From the IMG/VR virus record IMGVR_UViG_3300048838_001252, positions 18,446 to 82,445 of that record: a DNA stretch of 64,000 nt; one strand, written 5' to 3'. Shown here one piece after another: positions 51,235 to 58,908 of this stretch; within the stretch, counting starts at the first letter, position 1, and the number at the start of each line of letters is the position of its first letter. A program made the translations under genes and the position numbers. Source of the DNA: a virus. The notes beneath the pieces were generated by a model. That model had not been told where the DNA came from. It searched no databases and saw only the letters and a list, made by a program, of their open reading frames with translations.

Positions 51235-51289
51235 AAACACGTTAATTATCAATCATTTATAAAAAAAATAAAAAATAATTTAAAAAAAG

Positions 51290-51320
51290 TTTGGAATTGT
51301 TGTAACATTTTATACCTTTG
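51290..51320 (+). promoter_or_regulatory. Bacteroidota housekeeping promoter for tRNA array 2
   Basis: TTTG-N19-TACCTTTG; overlapping TGTAAC-N17-CGTAT. Confidence 0.75.
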
Positions 51321-51361
51321 TAACGTATTTAGATAAAAACGATTTAATTATAAAAAAGAAA

Positions 51362-51457
51362 ATGAAAAATTTACTCGACATATTAATGGTAGCGGTAGCC
51401 TTGGAAGCAGACCTATTATGGGTGGCTGATGAGGATATGCTATGCGGAGTCGGGTAA
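51362..51457 (+). CDS. Attenuator leader peptide 2, MKNLLDILMVAVALEADLLWVADEDMLCGVG
   Basis: 23 of residues 4-27 are L/D/M/V/A/E/W; last codons carry the antiterminator strand. Confidence 0.8.
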   Translation: MKNLLDILMVAVALEADLLWVADEDMLCGVG

Positions 51458-51493
51458 TAAAAGTTTTTTTAATACCTCCTTTCTTTTAAAAAG

Positions 51494-51531
51494 AAAACCC
51501 GACTCCCCGAAAAAGTCGGGTTTTTTGTTTT
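51494..51531 (+). terminator. Attenuator terminator 2
   Basis: AAAACCCGACT/AGTCGGGTTTT+T-run; competing 10-bp pair GGAGTCGGGT(51446-55)/ACCCGACTCC(51497-506). Confidence 0.88.
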
Positions 51532-51561
51532 GGGGGTGGTTCTTTGACATGTTGGAAATTT

Positions 51562-51636
51562 GGTGCTGTAGTTCAGCTTGGTTAGAATGCCTGCCTGTCA
51601 CGCAGGAGGTCGTGGGTTCGAGTCCCATCAGCACCG
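51562..51636 (+). tRNA. tRNA-Asp(GTC)
   Basis: CCTGC-CTGTCAC-GCAGG, canonical. Confidence 0.92.
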
Positions 51637-51711
51637 CAAATGGTCTTCTCTGGAAGTGCACAACTATTCGTGATATCAAATAGTCTCGAATCCAGAGGTG
51701 ACCGCCACATT

Positions 51712-51789
51712 GGTCTTATGTGCTTGACTGGCGTGCAGGATTTGGGTTGTCGCCCCACAAAAACGAGGGTTCGAATCCCTCTAAGACCG
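51712..51789 (+). tRNA. tRNA-Asp(GTC), divergent
   Basis: GGTCTTA/TAAGACC-G, TGGG-TTGTCGC-CCCA; odd D arm. Confidence 0.6.
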
Positions 51790-51931
51790 CAATGCTTTGC
51801 TGTCGGCTCATACTTAGAGGGTATGGGGTACGAAGATACACGGGTTAGTGTAATAAACACGTCTGCTTAATAACCAGATAACTGTGACATGAAAAAGTCA
51901 TCATCCGTAACAAGTGGCAAAGTATTTCAAC

Positions 51932-52001
51932 GATTCCGTAGTGTAATGGTTAACATCCCGCACTGTCTATGCGGGGAAGGGGTTCGAGTCCCACGGGGTC
52001 G
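51932..52001 (+). tRNA. tRNA-Asp(GTC)
   Basis: CCGCA-CTGTCTA-TGCGG. Confidence 0.7.
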
Positions 52002-52016
52002 GCAAAATTTAAAACA

Positions 52017-52127
52017 ATGAAAAAGAAAGAAACATCTGGAATCTCCAGAAAAAAGGTTGAGTTTAAATTAATTTCAAAGGAAGAACTTCAGAAAAATAGA
52101 AGTAATGCCTACGAATATTTGGTTTAA
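52017..52127 (+). CDS. Small basic peptide (36 aa)
   Basis: MKKKETSGISRKKVEFKLISKEELQKNRSNAYEYLV after A-rich upstream sequence. Confidence 0.35.
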   Translation: MKKKETSGISRKKVEFKLISKEELQKNRSNAYEYLV

Positions 52128-52148
52128 GTCTGGAATTTCCAGACAATC

Positions 52149-52249
52149 TACCGTTTTAGCAGTAAAAAGTGTAATATATGATACTTTTAGTTAACATTTT
52201 AGCCAAAAGTACCGTTTTAACAGTAAAAAGTGCAATATATGATACTTTT
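52149..52249. repeat. Two 40-bp direct repeats, 61-bp period
   Basis: TACCGTTTTA(G/A)CAGTAAAAAGTG(T/C)AATATATGATACTTTT. Confidence 0.8.
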
Positions 52250-52413
52250 GCATGCAAATACATATAATTGCATAAAAACAATTAAATTCATATGCTTTTG
52301 CATATAAAAGATAGTGATGACCGATGTAAAAAACTGCACGAGAAACAGACACGAGTGGGTTAAGAGATGTTTTAATACTCACAAGGGTTGCCAGTACCCA
52401 AGGTCATCCAAAT

Positions 52414-52488
52414 GCTGCGGTTGGCAAATTAGGTTAAGCCACCAGACCTTCAATCTGGTCATTGCGGGTTCGATTCCCGTCCGCAGTA
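52414..52488 (+). tRNA. tRNA-Glu(TTC), C33 variant
   Basis: CCAGA-CCTTCAA-TCTGG. Confidence 0.7.
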
Positions 52489-52537
52489 CCCTTGGTCGTT
52501 TTCTGTACTTTCTCGTATTTATGGGAAAGTATAGATT

Positions 52538-53200
52538 ATGGCAAGAAAAGAAAAGAAGTATCATTTAATCTACAAGACCACGAATATCTTAACTGGTCGA
52601 TATTATTATGGAATGCATAGCACCGATAATCTCGATGATGGTTATTTGGGGTCAGGTAAGAGATTAAAATACTCAATTAATAAATATGGCAAGGATGTTC
52701 ATAAACGAGAAATTGTTGAATTTTGTTCAAATCGTGAATTATTGAATAACAAAGAAAAAGAAGTTATCACCCTCAATGAAATAGGAAAAAAAGATTGTAT
52801 GAATTTAATTGTTGGTGGTCAAGGTGGTGATGGTGGATTAAGCAATGTATCACCAGAAAAAATTCAAAACATTCGCAAAGGTGCATCAGATTTCATGAAC
52901 AGACTATGGAAAGACCCAAAATTTATTGAAGGTCATAAACAAAGGACAATAGAGATTTTAAAGAAAAGACATCAAAGGGGTGAGGTTAAATATGATACGT
53001 TCACAGGAAAAAAACATAGTGAGGAAACTAAGATAAAAATGAGTAATCTTAAAAGAGGAAAAGGTGTTGGTAATAATAATTCACAATTTGGTACTTGTTG
53101 GATAACAAAAAACGGTAATGATAAAAAAATAAAAAAAGAATACCTTCAAGAATATCTTTCTGAAGGTTGGATTAAGGGTAGATATGTTCGGGTCTTCTAA
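52538..53200 (+). CDS. GIY-YIG (Seg-like) homing endonuclease
   Basis: IYKTTN...YYYGMHS....DGYLGSG; GKKHSEETK; late motif at 52515. Confidence 0.85.
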   Translation: MARKEKKYHLIYKTTNILTGRYYYGMHSTDNLDDGYLGSGKRLKYSINKYGKDVHKREIVEFCSNRELLNNKEKEVITLNEIGKKDCMNLIVGGQGGDGGLSNVSPEKIQNIRKGASDFMNRLWKDPKFIEGHKQRTIEILKKRHQRGEVKYDTFTGKKHSEETKIKMSNLKRGKGVGNNNSQFGTCWITKNGNDKKIKKEYLQEYLSEGWIKGRYVRVF

Positions 53201-53257
53201 CGGTCAGGAATCTGGGTTTTCATCCCAGCAATCGGGGTTCGATTCCCCGTCCGAATA
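53186..53257 (+). tRNA. tRNA-Glu(TTC)
   Basis: CTGGG-TTTTCAT-CCCAG; overlaps endonuclease stop codon. Confidence 0.85.
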
Positions 53258-53267
53258 CAAATCAATC

Positions 53268-53341
53268 GCTTCCTTAACTCAGTCCGGGAGAGTGTTTGCT
53301 CGACATGCAAAAAGTCGTAGGTTCAAATCCTACAGGAAGTA
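53268..53341 (+). tRNA. tRNA-Val(GAC), C33 variant
   Basis: TTTGC-TCGACAT-GCAAA. Confidence 0.8.
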
Positions 53342-53463
53342 CAAAAAATGCCGTAAACTTGGGATAACATTCTCTTAAAAGGAAACCGGAGTAGCGAATA
53401 GCTTAAAGCGAAGGGGTTTCATAGTGAGCGGTAACAGCGAAAAGTTAGCCACTTAGTAGTTGT

Positions 53464-53532
53464 TGGGTGATAGTGTAGTGGTAGCACGCCCGTGTGAAAA
53501 CGGGTAGGTCGGGTTCGAGTCCCAACACCCCT
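53464..53532 (+). pseudogene. Degenerate tRNA (anticodon uncertain)
   Basis: D and T arms present; CCCGT-GTGAAA-ACGGG 6-nt loop; weak acceptor. Confidence 0.5.
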
Positions 53533-53536
53533 TAAT

Positions 53537-53611
53537 GCTTCCTTAACTCAGTTGGTTCAGAGTGCCACCCTTACAAGGTGGAAGTCGTAGGTTCGACCCC
53601 TACAGGAAGCA
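53537..53611 (+). tRNA. tRNA-Val(TAC)
   Basis: CCACC-CTTACAA-GGTGG. Confidence 0.9.
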
Positions 53612-53619
53612 CAACTAAT

Positions 53620-53700
53620 TGCAATGGTTCTTAACGGGTTCGATTCCCGCTCGTCAGAAGTAATTACCTGATGGGATGGTGTGAAATGGTACGACACAAA
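53620..53700 (+). ncRNA. Circularly permuted tRNA-like RNA (Y-RNA/YrlA-like topology)
   Basis: T arm, then loop-closed acceptor-like stem, then D arm. Confidence 0.5.
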
Positions 53701-53701
53701 T

Positions 53702-53776
53702 AGTCCCTTAGTTTAGTTGGTAAAAACGTCTGGCTTACATCCAGAAGATGCACTGGTTCGAATCCAGTAGGGACTA
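53702..53776 (+). tRNA. tRNA-Val(TAC)
   Basis: TCTGG-CTTACAT-CCAGA. Confidence 0.88.
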
Positions 53777-53788
53777 CAAAATAAATTT

Positions 53789-53870
53789 CTCGCAGTGTTG
53801 TAACTGGTAGCCAAGCTGGTCTAAGAAGCCAGTGTCGAAAGACGTGTGGGTTCGACTCCCACCTGCGAGA
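53789..53870 (+). tRNA. tRNA-Leu(AAG)
   Basis: CTGGT-CTAAGAA-GCCAG, GTC-GAAA-GAC variable arm, A73. Confidence 0.8.
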
Positions 53871-53876
53871 CGATAT

Positions 53877-53950
53877 GCGGACGTGCCGGAACTGGCATAC
53901 GGGTTAGTCTTAGAAACTAAATTTTGTGGGTTCGATTCCCACCGTCCGTA
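53877..53950 (+). tRNA. tRNA-Leu(TAG), short variable loop
   Basis: TTAGT-CTTAGAA-ACTAA. Confidence 0.85.
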
Positions 53951-54182
53951 CAAAGATGTTAATAAATAGTGTTGAAGGGCAGTAAGAGTGGTAATACGAC
54001 AAGTCCTAAGAACCACCACCAGTTTATTAACATTGAGAGAGGCGCATGACAGACTCAAGCAGGGGTGACTGCGTAGCCTGTACCGAGTGTTCTTAAAAGT
54101 GAAGGAGTAATACCTTCAAACACATTATTTCGAACTGCAAAGGGGTAATGGTTGAACTACTAATAAGGTACTACTCTCATTT

Positions 54183-54256
54183 GGGGTCGTGGCAAAATTG
54201 GCTAATGCACCTGCCTTGCACGCAGGGGATTGAGGGTTCGAGTCCCTTCGACTCCA
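54183..54256 (+). tRNA. tRNA-Ala(TGC)
   Basis: G3:U70, CCTGC-CTTGCAC-GCAGG. Confidence 0.92.
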
Positions 54257-54345
54257 CAAAAATGAAAGTGAATGGCACACTACCATTTAATGATTACCGA
54301 CAAGTTGAAAGAGTCTTGGGTTATAACAGCTTTCATTTTTACCAC

Positions 54346-54418
54346 GGGGCAGTGGTGACAAAGGCTAACACGATAGGTTTGCAACCTTTAGATACGGGTT
54401 CGATTCCCGTCTGCTCCA
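54346..54418 (+). tRNA. tRNA-Ala(TGC)
   Basis: G3:U70, AGG-TTTGCAA-CCT. Confidence 0.82.
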
Positions 54419-54498
54419 CAAAACTTGACAGACCCCCAAACTGTACATCGAAGTGGCGGTTTTAATACCCATGAAATGGCATGGAGTCAAGTTCTTTT

Positions 54499-54571
54499 GC
54501 CCCGTTGACGTAACTGGCAACCGTATCAGGCTTAAAATCTGAGTTTCTCAGTTCGAATCTGAGGCGGGGTA
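54499..54571 (+). tRNA. tRNA-Leu(TAA), short variable loop
   Basis: TCAGG-CTTAAAA-TCTGA. Confidence 0.82.
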
Positions 54572-54662
54572 CAAATTACCGGAAATTGCCGGATAGTAAT
54601 TAAGTACATCTGATTATCAATTAATTATGATTTTATTTTTTGCCGGATATTACCGGATATAC

Positions 54663-54735
54663 ACGTCCGTAGTTCAGTTGGTAGAATAGTGGTCTCCAAA
54701 ACCGAAGGTCGGGAGTTCGAGTCTCTCCGGGCGTG
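54663..54735 (+). tRNA. tRNA-Trp(CCA)
   Basis: GGT-CTCCAAA-ACC, G73. Confidence 0.88.
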
Positions 54736-54741
54736 CAATAT

Positions 54742-54813
54742 GTGTCTGTCATCTAATGGCTAAGATATCGGCTTCCAACCCCGATGATGAGGGTTCGACT
54801 CCTTCCAGACATG
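54742..54813 (+). tRNA. tRNA-Trp(CCA), divergent
   Basis: TCGGC-TTCCAAC-CCCGA with C:C at 31:39, G73. Confidence 0.65.
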
Positions 54814-55034
54814 CAAATTCGAAATGAAGTGGTGGTAAAAATCGCAGGTGTGTGTCAGACTCACTGTTCAAGTCCAAATTGAATACGAGACCACTGAGGG
54901 CAGAAGTGTACCCAAGAGCAATATCAGTTACTGGCACGACACCGCTTCAGAAATCCAGATAATTTTGTAACATTCCTTGTTTTTCTTCGTATAAATATCT
55001 ATTTTAGCGCAAGTATTTATGGTAAAATAAAACT

Positions 55035-55448
55035 ATGAAGAAAATATTTTTAATGATTATGTTGATAATTTTCACATTATCAGCATTTTCGCAGGAAACA
55101 TTACGAAAAAAAGAAACATACTACCAACAAGCATTTGCTTTACTTATTGGTGGTGAAACAGAAATGATATTAAAAGACCGTACACGTGTTGATATAGTAA
55201 CTGAAACACATGCGATTGAAGTCGATTTTGCTGAAAAATGGGCAGAAAGTATTGGACAAGCATTACATTATGAAGGAATGACTGGAAAAAAAGCTGGTGT
55301 TTTACTTGTAATAAAAGGACGTGAGGATGAAAGATTTCTTGATAGATTAATGGGTGTTGCAGCAAAACACGGAATTGATGTTTGGGTCTGGGATTGGACA
55401 CAGGATACTTGGAGTAAGGTTGATTATAAAATCGAATACATATATTAA
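55035..55448 (+). CDS. Signal-peptide protein with PD-(D/E)XK-like fold
   Basis: SAFS-Q signal; RVDI.T..HAIEVDF..KWAESIGQALHY. Confidence 0.6.
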   Translation: MKKIFLMIMLIIFTLSAFSQETLRKKETYYQQAFALLIGGETEMILKDRTRVDIVTETHAIEVDFAEKWAESIGQALHYEGMTGKKAGVLLVIKGREDERFLDRLMGVAAKHGIDVWVWDWTQDTWSKVDYKIEYIY

Positions 55449-56170
55449 TGTACATAATTTCAAAACATAAAGATTATTATGATGGTGTTGTCGGTACTGT
55501 TGGTATGGACAAGACACTGGTCTATGAACGTGAAAGCGAAGAAATCACTGAAGGCAAATTAATGCCAAAAGAATTTCAAGGCACACGTAATAGCGGTTGG
55601 CATGGTGTTAATCGTGACAATCCCTTTTTAAATATTGGATATGCTGATATTGATAGAAAAAAGACAAAGAAATATACCGGAAGAAGTTTTTTCATAGTAG
55701 GATTTTGTGGAAAACTCTATTTGGGTTGGAAATTATATTATGAGGTAAAGGAAGTTGTTGATAACCAATTTAAAGAAGTAGTGAAAGTTGATATCGTTTA
55801 TGGTTATGAGAACGTCAAAGACTTCATTAGAGAAAGCTACTGGAGGGGAAATCTTAATGATGATGTTGAATATGTTTTGAGTTACAACGCAATTGATATT
55901 TTCAGAAACATTAATGCACCTGTTTTTGTTTATGATACCAACAGAGATGCACCACGAAATTCAGATACGTTCTTTATAAATCCAATACTAAAGGATTGGG
56001 AATTCTATAAGGTTGTTGATAGTTTCACAGCTTTTCAGGAAATTCAAATGTTTATTGGTGGGGTGCTTGGTAGGGGTGAAAAGGAAATCGTTGTTGTTGA
56101 AGATAAATATAAGATTGCACAACACGGATTTGATAAATGGAGTTTTAGAAAAGAACCACAAAATAAATAA
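55448..56170 (+). CDS. Conserved phage hypothetical protein
   Basis: ISKHKDYYD...TAFQEIQMFI...HGFDKWSFRK. Confidence 0.7.
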   Translation: MYIISKHKDYYDGVVGTVGMDKTLVYERESEEITEGKLMPKEFQGTRNSGWHGVNRDNPFLNIGYADIDRKKTKKYTGRSFFIVGFCGKLYLGWKLYYEVKEVVDNQFKEVVKVDIVYGYENVKDFIRESYWRGNLNDDVEYVLSYNAIDIFRNINAPVFVYDTNRDAPRNSDTFFINPILKDWEFYKVVDSFTAFQEIQMFIGGVLGRGEKEIVVVEDKYKIAQHGFDKWSFRKEPQNK

Positions 56171-56173
56171 ATT

Positions 56174-56536
56174 ATGAGCGCATTATATCCACAAGACGAA
56201 AACTTTCAAAGAAGAGTACAGGAAATTATTTCTGAAAGAAAACAAGAAATTTTTTCTAAAAGACAACAAGAAAGTCAACTTTTCTCACCAAGAAAAACCA
56301 GCGATGAAATAAAAATCAGTGTTTTAACTGAAGAAAATGAAAAACTGAGAAAACAGTATGCCGACTTAGTTCAAAAGGCAAATAGATTAGTTGCTGCATA
56401 TCGAGAACTGGAAGTTGAAAATAAAGAATTAAAAGCGAAGAACAATAAACGTGATTCGGTTGTTAAAACCGTTGAGAACTCAAAGAATTTTTTCAGAAAC
56501 ATCTGGAATAATTTTATTAATTGGCTTAATACGTAA
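56174..56536 (+). CDS. Coiled-coil hypothetical protein
   Basis: ORF track, coupled. Confidence 0.55.
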   Translation: MSALYPQDENFQRRVQEIISERKQEIFSKRQQESQLFSPRKTSDEIKISVLTEENEKLRKQYADLVQKANRLVAAYRELEVENKELKAKNNKRDSVVKTVENSKNFFRNIWNNFINWLNT

Positions 56537-56796
56537 TGGAAAAAGAAATACATTCAATTGATATTATACCTGCAGTATTTGTTAAATACCGGGAAGACGG
56601 TAACGTAGTTTTAAGATGTTTACAGGGTGAAAAAACTGTTAATAGAGCATTTGAACCACACTTGTTTAAAAATATACCGGAACTAAAGTATTTATTTTTG
56701 GGAATTATAACTGGTGTTGGATACATGCAATTGAATGTTTGTGATGGAAATGAATTCGAGTACTTATTCAAGAAGAAATGGAAGGAGTTATTATGA
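56536..56796 (+). CDS. Hypothetical protein
   Basis: TAATG coupling. Confidence 0.55.
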   Translation: MEKEIHSIDIIPAVFVKYREDGNVVLRCLQGEKTVNRAFEPHLFKNIPELKYLFLGIITGVGYMQLNVCDGNEFEYLFKKKWKELL

Positions 56797-56984
56797 AAAT
56801 GATTAATGAAATAAAACAAGATATCATTGCTGCTCTTTACGATGGGCGCATAAGCGATTTATCTGACATTGGAAACGAGATTGGAATTGTAATTGGAAAA
56901 TATACTGATGATGAAAATACGATTGAAGATTTCATTCGAGGCGTAAAACACGGAGTATCGTTGGCTGACGGTACACATCCATAA
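56793..56984 (+). CDS. Hypothetical protein
   Basis: ATGA overlap with previous stop. Confidence 0.45.
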   Translation: MKMINEIKQDIIAALYDGRISDLSDIGNEIGIVIGKYTDDENTIEDFIRGVKHGVSLADGTHP

Positions 56985-57195
56985 TTTCGAAAATCATTAA
57001 TAATTAATAATATAATGGAAAAGCACGAAGAAATTTTAAAAGAATTGGAACGGAAAAGAAAGGCAAATAATCGACATTGTGAATTAAATGATTGTCCTGC
57101 AACACCATATATGGAAGGTGCAAATCGTGTTCTCGATGAAATGATTGAATTTGTTAAATGTTTAACAAATAAATGAATAAGTTCTTTAAAATAAT

Positions 57196-57559
57196 GGGGC
57201 AGACTGGTTTTGACTTCATGTCAGACTTGGTAATGTAAGCAAGTCGTAGTTGAATCGGACTACGTTAAAAAGGTTCAAAACAACAAATGCAGAGGATATA
57301 ATGTCCATTCCAACGTCTCTTACAAGAGGCAAAAGCGTTTTTGCGAGAAATACTGAACTCGCATTTGCTGCGTAGGAACAATAAAACAGTAAAAACAACG
57401 GGTAGTCATCCTGAGTTGATTTGTTCTCAAGGATGTGGCGTTGAAAAATAGAAAACTGAAAAAATAAAATATTTTGCTGGTTTAGAAAAACCGGATAAAC
57501 TTGTAGAAAACTTATTAATCACATGAAACACAGGGGTTCGACTCCCCTCTGCTCCACCA
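57196..57559 (+). ncRNA. ssrA: tmRNA
   Basis: GGGGCAG...TTGAC 5' end, GGTTCGACTCC...CTGCTCCACCA 3' end with G3:U70, tag ORF 57289-57375 ending LAFAA. Confidence 0.92.
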
Positions 57560-57577
57560 ATATTGTAAGTTAAATAA

Positions 57578-58012
57578 TTGATTATGAAACCTGATTACGA
57601 AGGAATGTTGAAAAAAATGGATGAATGGGTAGAATCTGATGATGGTAAAGCCTATTTTGAGAATCTTAGAAAGAAAAATGAGATTCAAGAAGGTCGTTAT
57701 AGACGTTTTGAAAAATGGTTAGAGCAAAATGATTTTGATACGTTAATATATAAATTGATTTATGAACACGGAGAAGAATGGCGAGAAAAGTGTTGGCATA
57801 ATGGCTGTGAAGTTTATCCAAATAATAAACTACAATTTATAATTGATTATGTTTTCGATAACTATGCACCCATTAGTGTCCCACAACTTGAAAATATGTT
57901 CACCACAGATATTAGATTTTTTAAAGGATATTATTTCAGAATAATGCACGGACAAGGTTCTGTATTTGATTTATATAATGGAGATGATTTTCAACACCTG
58001 TTAAGCGCATGA
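57578..58012 (+). CDS. Hypothetical protein
   Basis: ORF track; MHGQGS motif. Confidence 0.6.
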   Translation: MIMKPDYEGMLKKMDEWVESDDGKAYFENLRKKNEIQEGRYRRFEKWLEQNDFDTLIYKLIYEHGEEWREKCWHNGCEVYPNNKLQFIIDYVFDNYAPISVPQLENMFTTDIRFFKGYYFRIMHGQGSVFDLYNGDDFQHLLSA

Positions 58013-58320
58013 CAACATACAATAAATTAGTACGGGATAAAATAGTTAAAATATTAAAGAAATCCAGCATTGGTTATAAGTACCATATCGCTAAAGATGA
58101 TACAGAATTTCTCGAAAAACTATATGAAAAACTTCAGGAAGAAATACAAGAATTTCGTGAAAAACCAAGTCTTGAAGAATTTGCAGATATACTGCAAGTA
58201 CTGGAAGCCATTGCAAAATTCAACGAGTTTGATTTAAATAAAATTAAAGAAGCAAAAGCAAATAAACTTCATAACAAAGGCGGTTTCAATAATAGAATTA
58301 TTTTGGAAGAAACGAAATAA
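58009..58320 (+). CDS. MazG-superfamily (PRA-PH-like) pyrophosphohydrolase
   Basis: YNKLVRDKI, KL.EE..EF, EEFADI..V, K...KGGF. Confidence 0.8.
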   Translation: MTTYNKLVRDKIVKILKKSSIGYKYHIAKDDTEFLEKLYEKLQEEIQEFREKPSLEEFADILQVLEAIAKFNEFDLNKIKEAKANKLHNKGGFNNRIILEETK

Positions 58321-58350
58321 TAACTATCTTTGTTCTGTGTTTTTTGAAAT

Positions 58351-58436
58351 GGCGGGATGTCGTAATTGGTAGCCGAGACAGACTTAAAATCTGTTGAACC
58401 TTTGTGTTCGTGTGGGTTCGAGTCCCATTCCCGCTA
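58351..58436 (+). tRNA. tRNA-Leu(TAA)
   Basis: ACAGA-CTTAAAA-TCTGT with long variable arm; promoter TTTG-N19-TATCTTTG upstream. Confidence 0.9.
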
Positions 58437-58444
58437 CTAAACAT

Positions 58445-58534
58445 TTGGTGGCATTGCTACAAATTAACAAAGGCGGGTTTGGTTTCCCAACATCGGTGAA
58501 AATCGGTAACATGAGTTCGAGTCTCACCACCGAA
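58445..58534 (+). pseudogene. Degenerate tRNA-like element
   Basis: TTGGTGG/CCACCGA acceptor and TGAG-TTCGAGT-CTCA T arm; anticodon arm unclear. Confidence 0.4.
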
Positions 58535-58821
58535 TGTTTTTAAATAAAAATGATATGAAAGAAATTAAAAAAGCAATACGGAATGAAATTCGTAAGGATT
58601 GTCGTGAGGAAGCTAAGAAAATTCTTGAACTTGGTGACGATAAAGACCGTGGAGATTTTATGAAATATCATGAAGAAGATAAGGGAAACATTTGTTGTCT
58701 TGTTCTGGACTTTGCAAAGAAAAAATTAATTGAAGCCGGAAAATGGGAGTTTAATGAGAATGATTGTTTTAACGACCAGTTTAGATTTTTGGAAGATGAA
58801 GACAGTAAAGAAACTGAATAA
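58534..58821 (+). CDS. Hypothetical protein
   Basis: ORF track. Confidence 0.5.
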   Translation: MFLNKNDMKEIKKAIRNEIRKDCREEAKKILELGDDKDRGDFMKYHEEDKGNICCLVLDFAKKKLIEAGKWEFNENDCFNDQFRFLEDEDSKETE

Positions 58822-58908
58822 TGACAATTGTTGTGGGAAACCACTAAAGGTTGTTGACCCCAGAAGGAAAAAAGATTTGGGGATTAAAAAAGTAATTAAG
58901 AAGAGAAC

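Noticed and set aside
52149-52249. Possible mini-CRISPR array
   Set aside because: Only two repeats, a 21-nt spacer and no adjacent cas genes
54034-54179. Lysine riboswitch (AGAGGCGC start)
   Set aside because: Other conserved elements were not recognisable and the downstream feature is a tRNA; kept as unknown structured RNA
54742-54813. Calling this tRNA-Gly(TCC)
   Set aside because: Register from the D arm puts CCA at 34-36 and the discriminator is G
46920-54937. ORF-track ORFs overlapping tRNA arrays (e.g. 47581-47919, 51429-51683, 51640-51870, 54148-54465)
   Set aside because: Chance frames across GC-rich tRNA genes
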